DNA of 25,454 nucleotides from positions 1-25,454 of the forward strand of contig CBDURU010000041.1 in NCBI GenBank assembly GCA_965369865.1, in the 5' to 3' direction. This DNA comes from an uncultured bacterium (GTDB taxonomy: Bacteria > JAJVIF01 > JAPKYR01). The position numbers were made by a program, and so were the translations under genes. Of the stretch, positions 7,931 through 15,000 are shown one piece after another. The stretch's first letter is position 1, and the number at the start of each line of letters is the position of its first letter. The notes beneath the pieces were generated by a model that saw only the letters and a list, made by a program, of their open reading frames with translations, had not been told where the DNA came from and did no database searches.

Positions 7931-8959
7931 ATGAACCTTACAACTAAACTTTGTTCTTTAACATTACTTGCAGTCGTTTTCAGCCTGGTAAGTTCAGGAT
8001 GCTCAGATAAGCAGGTGAATAATCCTGAACGTGTTGTTAATCCTGCTTCCGGGAATTTTATTAATGAAGAGGTAGTACTGACTCTGGATGATGTTCATGG
8101 GGACCACAACCTTAAGATGATCGGAGGGTGGGGCGGTCTGAAAACTCATGAATCCTGGTTTTTAAGAACTGTCTGGTCACCCCAGCGTGTAAATTTACTT
8201 ATTGAAGGACTAAAGTATTTTTACATTCAGAATGGTGCATTTCCATCGAGTTTCGATGAATTCAGCCAATCGAGTTTTCTTGCATTCACTACTGTTGACC
8301 CGGTAAGTTTTAAACAGATCAACTACAACCACCCAATCACAAGTATGGACGATTACCTGAACTTGATAGTAGATCCTTCATCTACTGAATGGACCATCAC
8401 AGGCCGTCAGCCAAACTTCCCGGGTGGCGAGTGGATTGAAGCTGTCTGGCAGATTGACCCAGTGAAATATAGCTGGGACAGGCTTGTAACTCATAATAAT
8501 TCCACCTACCCAAATGCTGTAGCAATGAAAGGTGCATACGTGGCCAACTGCCTGTTCCGGATTCTATGGGAGCGTGAGAACAGAAGGAATTCCATGCCGG
8601 TTGATGCAACTGATCTTCTCGATGGCTTATGGATCGTTAATTATGATTGGGCTGCTGATAATCCGAACTTTGCTTATCAGGCTGCAAGTTTTCAATTTGG
8701 TCTGGATTCCGATCGTCATAGGGTAGTTGCCATTTGGACTGACCTTGAAGGATCAGTGTATTCTGAAACGTGGGTTTGGAATCCATGGCCTGAAGGCGTC
8801 TGGCGTACTCTACCGGTAACTGGACCTGAGGATCCTGACGCTCTGACAGGAATTCCCATGGGTCCGGTATCTGAACTATATGACGGGATCCCTGAAGTTT
8901 TATGGACTTGCTCACTTTTAAATTCTGAGCCTGTGTCATCCACCATCCAACAGAACTAG
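7931..8959 (+). CDS. Hypothetical lipoprotein
   Basis: RBS AGGAGG overlaps the upstream stop; lipobox LVSSG-C; 342 aa, Trp-rich. Confidence 0.8.
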   Translation: MNLTTKLCSLTLLAVVFSLVSSGCSDKQVNNPERVVNPASGNFINEEVVLTLDDVHGDHNLKMIGGWGGLKTHESWFLRTVWSPQRVNLLIEGLKYFYIQNGAFPSSFDEFSQSSFLAFTTVDPVSFKQINYNHPITSMDDYLNLIVDPSSTEWTITGRQPNFPGGEWIEAVWQIDPVKYSWDRLVTHNNSTYPNAVAMKGAYVANCLFRILWERENRRNSMPVDATDLLDGLWIVNYDWAADNPNFAYQAASFQFGLDSDRHRVVAIWTDLEGSVYSETWVWNPWPEGVWRTLPVTGPEDPDALTGIPMGPVSELYDGIPEVLWTCSLLNSEPVSSTIQQN

Positions 8960-9013
8960 AATAGTATATTGGAATAAAAATTTATCAGCTCTGAATGCTG
9001 AATCTAGTAATCT

Positions 9014-9044
9014 ATCGGGTTGTGAAAGTTCACACCCGATTTTT
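9014..9044 (+). terminator. Rho-independent terminator
   Basis: ATCGGGT(T)GTGAA-AG-TTCACACCCGAT followed by TTTT. Confidence 0.8.
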
Positions 9045-9196
9045 CATTGGGAAATGTCCTAGTATGCAACTAAAATCCCATCCCTGTGTCAGATAATCAC
9101 CTTCTGCCAATTCACTCGAGAACGATTTTGACATGTATAATGATAACTTACGGTGGATACGGTCACAACTCCACTCGCTAACAGGATACTTGCTCC

Positions 9197-9592
9197 ATGA
9201 AAAAAGAACAGTTGGCCGGATATTTTGTGTTGTGTCTTCTTTTTGTCCTGGTAATGGTCGGGCTTTATTCGAATACTTTAATAGATTACATCCCGAGATG
9301 GCTTTCCTCATCGACTCCTCGATCGGTTATAAGGCATTTCATATTCCTCAACTTTTTTCTTACGTTCGTATTATTGATTGCTACTCATAAAATTCCAAGG
9401 GTCGGCGCATTCGCGGTTGTATTTGTATCCATCGCCATTTTTATTTCCCATCTCAATGAAATCGGGATTTTAACTCAGTATTTCTGGCTTCTTCTGCCAT
9501 CTGCATACGGGATCGGCTGGCTGATATATTCCTTTAAATATAATGTGGGTGGTTTCAGGTTCAGTACGAAGTACGACGACGATGATGATTGA
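9197..9592 (+). CDS. Hypothetical membrane protein (about 4 TM segments)
   Basis: 131 aa with four hydrophobic stretches and an acidic tail; AGGA upstream. Confidence 0.65.
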   Translation: MKKEQLAGYFVLCLLFVLVMVGLYSNTLIDYIPRWLSSSTPRSVIRHFIFLNFFLTFVLLIATHKIPRVGAFAVVFVSIAIFISHLNEIGILTQYFWLLLPSAYGIGWLIYSFKYNVGGFRFSTKYDDDDD

Positions 9593-9615
9593 CTCATCAG
9601 TATGCCCCCACTCCA

Positions 9616-9624
9616 TGCTATAAT
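9616..9624 (+). promoter_or_regulatory. Extended -10 promoter element
   Basis: TGCTATAAT ending 11 nt before the ATG at 9636. Confidence 0.55.
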
Positions 9625-9635
9625 CCCCTCAACAC

Positions 9636-10841
9636 ATGCCCGCTATCGAGATCAGAAACCTGTCGAAGTGTTTTCGGCTCTACACATCCAAGACGGAGTC
9701 CGCGATTGAGCGCTTCCTCATGATGAAACGCTCCCGCTACGAAAAGCTCTGGGCGCTCGATGATATCAACCTGGACGTTAACGAGGGAAGGGTTGTGGGA
9801 GTCATCGGGCCGAACGGGAGCGGGAAGTCGACGCTTCTTAAAATCCTGTCGAGGATATACCGCCCGGACAAAGGCTCATACAAGGTGAACGGGAATGTCG
9901 CGGCGTTACTGGAGCTTGGCGCGGGATTTCATCCTGAGCTTACCGGGCGCGAGAATATTTATTTGAACGGGTCGATTTTAGGGTTGACGCGAAAGGAGAT
10001 CAGGTCGAAGTTCGATGATATCGTCGAATTTTCGGGGCTGGAGAGGTTTCTCGACACGCCGATCAAGAATTACTCGTCGGGGATGGTGGTACGTCTCGGG
10101 TTTTCGGTCGCGATGGCTATCGATCCGGAGGTATTGCTGATCGATGAGGTGCTGGGTGTCGGGGATTTGAATTTCTCGAAGAAATCGTTCGAGGCGATCA
10201 AGTCGTTCGCGGAGCAGGGCCGGACGATTTTATTCGTGTCGCATGACCTGAGCGTCGTGGGATCGTTCGCGGATGAGGTTGTGTGGCTCGATGAGGGGAA
10301 GATTCGGGGGTTTGGAAAACCGGACGACATTATCAAGCAGTATATGCAGGATTTGCAGATCAGGCGGGAGGATATGCATTCGAAGGGCCGGGCTATCATG
10401 GACGGGATGAAGAAGGAAAGATCGGGTTCTGGGGAGATGACGATCGAGCGGGTGCGATTTTTCGGATCGGACGGGGAGGAGAAATATCTATTTACAGCCG
10501 GTGACGATTTAAATGTAGTCGTTGATATAAAAACGCACAGTAAGATTGACAGCCACTCACTTTACCTCTCATTTCACGCGTTCGATGGCCGGATGCTTAT
10601 CGGGCCGCTGCTGAGGCCGTACGACGCTCCGATGGAGGGCGAATCGCGGATAAATATCCGTTTTCCGACGCTGCCGCTTTTGAAAGGGGAGCATTTTCTG
10701 TCGGTGGGATTGTTCCATGACGACTGGGTGAACGCATACGATTTTCACGACCGGTTTTATCGATTTACGGTAAGCCAACCGACGGAATGGGGGATCAAGG
10801 GCGAGATTTACGTAAATGCCGAGGTAGAGTATCTAAAGTAA
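9636..10841 (+). CDS. wzt: Polysaccharide/teichoic-acid export ABC ATPase with C-terminal Wzt carbohydrate-binding domain
   Basis: GPNGSGKST, LLELGAGFHPELTGREN, YSSGMVVRLGF, LLIDEVL and VSHD, followed by an RSGSGE linker and a beta-rich Wzt_C domain. Confidence 0.9.
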   Translation: MPAIEIRNLSKCFRLYTSKTESAIERFLMMKRSRYEKLWALDDINLDVNEGRVVGVIGPNGSGKSTLLKILSRIYRPDKGSYKVNGNVAALLELGAGFHPELTGRENIYLNGSILGLTRKEIRSKFDDIVEFSGLERFLDTPIKNYSSGMVVRLGFSVAMAIDPEVLLIDEVLGVGDLNFSKKSFEAIKSFAEQGRTILFVSHDLSVVGSFADEVVWLDEGKIRGFGKPDDIIKQYMQDLQIRREDMHSKGRAIMDGMKKERSGSGEMTIERVRFFGSDGEEKYLFTAGDDLNVVVDIKTHSKIDSHSLYLSFHAFDGRMLIGPLLRPYDAPMEGESRINIRFPTLPLLKGEHFLSVGLFHDDWVNAYDFHDRFYRFTVSQPTEWGIKGEIYVNAEVEYLK

Positions 10842-10888
10842 GTGAGTACGACAATTCAACCCTGAACTCGTCCGTGAGGTAAATTACT

Positions 10889-11716
10889 ATGCTGGTGGTA
10901 AATGCATCGCACCGGGAGGCAATTGAGCATCGGGTGGTCCTGAAATGGTCCAGGTACATCCTTGCGGCGTGCGCGTTGATCGGATCGTGGCTCGCGCCCG
11001 GATATCAGGAAACGATTTTGTTGCCCTTGATAATCGGGCTGGTGTCATTCTGGGCGACAATCTGCCATCTCGCGGAAGGTTTTTCGCGTGGATATGTAAT
11101 CAACCCGGGATTCTCGGGTATTTTATTTATCGCGATCGCATTGTTCTCACCTGGGTACATACCAATATTACTGGGTATCGCGTTTGGGATTATAAGTTAC
11201 CTCCTGATTCTCATGATCATTTCGACGAACCCGGTACTTCGCGAGTATCCGGACAGCCAGTTGTATTCGATCAGGCATCCTTTTGAGAAATTGATACCGC
11301 TCCTGTATGTAGCGCCGGTGAAGCTGTCGCCGGTTCTCAGTGCGGTACCGGCGTACTACTGCACAATCGGGATTTTCAGCATTCCATGTCTGAGGATTAC
11401 ATATTTTGATTCAATATCGATCCACAAGTATATTGTGACCCTGGCATCGAGCCTGGGTAGTGAGCCGGGAAGCTGGAAGGAAGCGATAATAATTTTCCGG
11501 AGGGCGGTCGGGATACTCAACCTCCTGGAATCGCTCCAGCGGTACGAGGGAGTCGATCTGGACGGGGTCGCGCTGGCGGCATCGGCACGGCTTGCCCTGA
11601 GGGAAATCCCCTTCCCCGCAAAGATGGTTCTCTCCGAAGTAGTTAATACTTTCCGGACTCTGAAGAGGGATATAATAAAGGACGCGTTTGATTTTCAGAC
11701 CGTACCTGCGCCATGA
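10889..11716 (+). CDS. Hypothetical protein with N-terminal membrane domain
   Basis: 275-aa ORF, GAGG RBS, about 4 hydrophobic segments; no family recognised. Confidence 0.65.
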   Translation: MLVVNASHREAIEHRVVLKWSRYILAACALIGSWLAPGYQETILLPLIIGLVSFWATICHLAEGFSRGYVINPGFSGILFIAIALFSPGYIPILLGIAFGIISYLLILMIISTNPVLREYPDSQLYSIRHPFEKLIPLLYVAPVKLSPVLSAVPAYYCTIGIFSIPCLRITYFDSISIHKYIVTLASSLGSEPGSWKEAIIIFRRAVGILNLLESLQRYEGVDLDGVALAASARLALREIPFPAKMVLSEVVNTFRTLKRDIIKDAFDFQTVPAP

Positions 11717-11729
11717 CTTTAAAAATCCA

Positions 11730-11758
11730 TTGAAGTTACCCCCGCATGCGGATATACT
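11730..11758 (+). promoter_or_regulatory. Sigma70-type promoter of efp
   Basis: TTGAAG-N17-TATACT, then the RBS AAGGAG. Confidence 0.7.
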
Positions 11759-11787
11759 AAGCCCTTCGTAAAGGAGATTATTTTTTA

Positions 11788-12348
11788 ATGATCAGCACCA
11801 ATGACTTCAGGAACGGAACATGTTTCCGGTACGACAATCAACTGTGGAAGATAACCGAGTTCCAGCACGTAAAACCGGGAAAAGGTCCGGCATTCGTGCG
11901 TGTGAAGCAGCTAAATTTAAGAACCGGCGCAATAGTTGAAAGAACGTACCGCGCCGGGGAAAAGATTGAGGATATCCGTGTTGAGAATCGGGATATGTCG
12001 TATTTGTATCGTGAAGGCACAAATTACATTTTCATGGACAACGAGAACTACGAGCAGCTTGGAGTGAATGAAAAATTAATCGGGGACAAGGCTGGATTTC
12101 TCCTTGAAAATACGAATTCGACTATCCTGATGTACGAGAATGAGATACTCGTTGTCAGCCTGCCGAACTTCCTGGTGGTTAAAGTTACAAGGACAGACCC
12201 TGGTGAAAAGGGAAATACGGCACAGGGTGGAAGTAAACCCGCGACAATCGAGAGCGGAGCCACGATCCAGGTTCCGCTGTTTATTAACGAGGGGGAGAAA
12301 ATCAAAGTCGATACCCGTGATAGACGTTATGTGGAACGGGTTAAGTAA
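11788..12348 (+). CDS. efp: Elongation factor P (Lys-type PGKG loop)
   Basis: FQHVKPGKGPAFVR, FMDNENYEQ, KPATIESGA, VPLFINEGEKIKVDTR. Confidence 0.98.
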   Translation: MISTNDFRNGTCFRYDNQLWKITEFQHVKPGKGPAFVRVKQLNLRTGAIVERTYRAGEKIEDIRVENRDMSYLYREGTNYIFMDNENYEQLGVNEKLIGDKAGFLLENTNSTILMYENEILVVSLPNFLVVKVTRTDPGEKGNTAQGGSKPATIESGATIQVPLFINEGEKIKVDTRDRRYVERVK

Positions 12349-12539
12349 TTATTTCTACAGGCAATCTCAATCGGGGAAAGAAGATCTCCCGTCAGGTTTA
12401 AAATTTTTTTTACATTTAGTGTATTTATGGTAATAATCACAGAGATTATTTTGAAATAGAACGAATAGTGATATTCAAATTGCTTAAAATAAAATATAAC
12501 AATAAAGATTTACCAGGTTAAGGCCAGGGTGCTTTAAGA

Positions 12540-13247
12540 ATGAAACTGCCGTCAAACAGCGATGAAGCTGCGAACTGTATCGACCAGACACTGCTGCGTC
12601 CGGAACTCCCGGAATCAACCTATAAACAGTGGCTCATTGATAATGCCAGGAGGAAATTCAAAACCCTTTTCGTGCCTCCATATTATGTACCGCTCGCGTC
12701 GATGTACTGCATTGAAACCGAAACCCGTGTGGGGTCGGTAGTTGGGTTCCCGATGGGATTCATGGTGCGCCACACGAAGATCCAGGCATTGAAGGATCTT
12801 ATCGACCGTGGGGCGGAAGAGATTGACTTTGTTGTCAATATCTCCTTCCTGAAATCGGGCAACGATGCCGAATTCAAGGGGGAATTGAAGGACCTTCGCG
12901 CGTATGCTGATTCCCGTAAAACTGTCAGGGATGAGCCGGTTATCTTAAAAGGCATCATTGAATGCTGCTATCTCACCGAGGCTGAGAAACGATGGGCGGT
13001 GGAGCATCTGGCGAACACCGGGATCGATTTTGTAAAAACCTCGACCGGAACGGCACAGGGGGGCGCGACTGTAAACGATATAGTGCTCATTAAATCATCC
13101 TCGCAGAGACGGATTGCGATAAAAGCATCGGGTGGAATTCGCACGAAAGAGGACCTGGAAAAAATGCTGAAAGCCGGGGCTGACCGGATCGGCACCTCGT
13201 ACGGGGCGCATATAATCGCGGAATATATATCCATACCGGAGTTTTGA
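12540..13247 (+). CDS. deoC: Deoxyribose-phosphate aldolase
   Basis: IDQTLL, VVGFPMG, GAEEIDFV, Schiff-base FVKTSTG, IKASGGIR, GADRIGTS. Confidence 0.93.
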   Translation: MKLPSNSDEAANCIDQTLLRPELPESTYKQWLIDNARRKFKTLFVPPYYVPLASMYCIETETRVGSVVGFPMGFMVRHTKIQALKDLIDRGAEEIDFVVNISFLKSGNDAEFKGELKDLRAYADSRKTVRDEPVILKGIIECCYLTEAEKRWAVEHLANTGIDFVKTSTGTAQGGATVNDIVLIKSSSQRRIAIKASGGIRTKEDLEKMLKAGADRIGTSYGAHIIAEYISIPEF

Positions 13248-13308
13248 TTTAATCGAAAAAAAGGGTACAGGCACTTTTATGATCCATGTCACGACGCTTA
13301 TTTAAGTC

Positions 13309-13980
13309 TCACTCCAACGGATGCAGTAAAACCTCGTCTCTCAATTCCCTTAACCGGTCAAACACCCAGGTAACCTCATCAGAAACAGGCGGATCTTCAG
13401 GCAGAGTAACAACCATGGCGTAAGTTATACCAGGACCGATTAACTCAGGATTAGTTGCGAGAAGTAAAAAATACTCCGATACTTCTTCACCAGGATATGG
13501 ATATCTACCCGGTTCTGTTCCCTCAAATGCAGAATAATCAAATAATATTTCACTGTTCTCGTCAAGATAAGCAATTATGTCCTCAAATTCCTGAAGTGAT
13601 GGAAAATCATATTGATAGCAAATATCTCTATTGCACCAATTGTCGGAGTAACCAGCAAATTTATAATCATCACCGTATGAACCTCCACGCAAGGAGAGGT
13701 TTAATACAGTACAACAGCGCGGCTGACTGTCATCGTATTCTTTATAAATCAACAACCAGGTGTAATCATACAAATCACCCACGACTTCAGCCGGTAAAGG
13801 TTCGAACCAGGTGGGGCCTCCAGGACGCCAGTTAGCGTAAAGATTTATCATGCCTGGGCTTTTAATTTCCTTGCCAGGCTTATTTCCGGTTACGTTTGAA
13901 CCATTTGCATCCATGAATCCACAGAGAACCAGAATTAGTATCATGTGAAATATTAAAAATAACTTTTTCATCATTATCAT
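13309..13980 (-). CDS. Hypothetical exported protein
   Basis: 223-aa ORF with an MKKLFLIF.. signal-like N-terminus. GGGGAG directly precedes the first ATG, so the real start is probably 13974 or 13971. Confidence 0.7.
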   Translation of the reverse strand: MIMMKKLFLIFHMILILVLCGFMDANGSNVTGNKPGKEIKSPGMINLYANWRPGGPTWFEPLPAEVVGDLYDYTWLLIYKEYDDSQPRCCTVLNLSLRGGSYGDDYKFAGYSDNWCNRDICYQYDFPSLQEFEDIIAYLDENSEILFDYSAFEGTEPGRYPYPGEEVSEYFLLLATNPELIGPGITYAMVVTLPEDPPVSDEVTWVFDRLRELRDEVLLHPLE

Positions 13981-14083
13981 CTCCCCGGGTGCCGCCCATA
14001 CACATTCAGCCCAGCATTGAGTTCCATTCTGATTTTACCTTCGATGGGCTGAATGTTTATGGGTGAAAGTCCAGTCCAAAATT

Positions 14084-14662
14084 TTATATCACAGGAAAAC
14101 ATTCCCTCTCGACCTTAATTGGACCCACCTCACTTCTCATCCAGAATCTTGCACTCGACCAGTAATAATCGTCCGGGCTTTTTACAAGTCCCCTCCTTAC
14201 TGGATTGTTATGAATATACTCAACCTGGTTGATGATTTCTTTCGTTGTCCAGTAATTTCTGTCGTATCCTCCACCATCCTGCCAGAAACGGTATTTCGGT
14301 TTATGCTGCCCGGTTTCCAACATTTTCAGTGAATCAGGATTTGCCTTTTTAAGACGGTTGATAACCTTTTTTGCGGATGAAAGTTTAATGGATTTAAGTA
14401 TACCCGATATGGAATAAATGCTCTCTTTCGGGAAAATAAGAATATGAATGTGTTCGGGCATGATCACATATGCCCATACTTCAAAATTGTGGTTCAGTCT
14501 GGCTGAATTTATTGAATCAACAACGTAAAGTTTCGGGGTATCAGCATCCAGGAAAGGTTTACGTTTGAAGCATGAAAAGGTAATTTCATGGGCATGACCG
14601 GGGATGTTAAATCTCTGTGGCCCGGAGCTGGGAATTATTTGGTCAGAGCCTTTCACGAGCAT
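14084..14662 (-). CDS. REP-associated tyrosine transposase (RAYT/TnpA-REP, Y1 HUH family)
   Basis: HEITFSC, AYVIMPEHIH (HUH), FWQ.G.YDR, YIHNNPVRRGLV (catalytic Tyr), YYWSSA; flanking palindromes; no tnpB. Confidence 0.93.
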   Translation of the reverse strand: MLVKGSDQIIPSSGPQRFNIPGHAHEITFSCFKRKPFLDADTPKLYVVDSINSARLNHNFEVWAYVIMPEHIHILIFPKESIYSISGILKSIKLSSAKKVINRLKKANPDSLKMLETGQHKPKYRFWQDGGGYDRNYWTTKEIINQVEYIHNNPVRRGLVKSPDDYYWSSARFWMRSEVGPIKVERECFPVI

Positions 14663-14751
14663 ATTATACCTTATAGAGTGATGAATTCGTGTTGGTGGAT
14701 GTGTGTTGAATTAATCAAGTCCTGACACCCATAAACATTCAGCCCATCGAA

Positions 14752-14863
14752 GGTTAACGATAAATTGTAGATACATGAAGGGCTGAATGTGTATGGGCGG
14801 CACCCGGGGTTAACGATAAATTGTAGATACATAAAGGGCTGAATGTGTATGGGCGGCACCCGG
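14752..14863. repeat. 56-bp tandem duplication containing a REP arm
   Basis: 14752-14807 and 14808-14863 differ at one base. Confidence 0.92.
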
Positions 14864-14892
14864 CTAGCAAAATCCTAGACGGGACATTCCAC

Positions 14893-14971
14893 TCACCACT
14901 CACCATCAGGTGTAAACTTGCCCAGGAAAATATCACGTTGGCCGTTTGAAATCCGGATCGATATCCACAGT
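14893..14971 (-). pseudogene. 3' remnant of an SBBP/beta-propeller repeat gene
   Basis: The minus strand reads TVDIDPD in one frame and then SNGQRDIFLGKFTPDGEW* in another. No start codon. Confidence 0.5.
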
Positions 14972-15000
14972 TTAATTGGTTCCTATATTAGTTCTCTTAA

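Larger units (their letters stand above)
13985..14863. mobile_element. REPtron: RAYT gene flanked by inverted REP hairpin units
   Basis: 13985-14012 is the perfect reverse complement of 14780-14807 and 14836-14863. 14037-14065 is the perfect reverse complement of 14726-14754. Confidence 0.9.

Noticed and set aside
9569..9592. C-terminal KYDDDDD resembling a FLAG tag
   Set aside because: Not DYKDDDDK and no vector context; a natural acidic tail.
13256..13278. AAAAGGGTACAGGCACTTTT weak palindrome between convergent genes
   Set aside because: Single copy with a weak stem; cannot distinguish a terminator from a repeat remnant.
14084..14662. IS200/IS605 element or TnpB/IscB RNA-guided system
   Set aside because: No tnpB/iscB ORF; the FWQ and NPV motifs and inverted REP-like flanks fit RAYT rather than IS200 TnpA.
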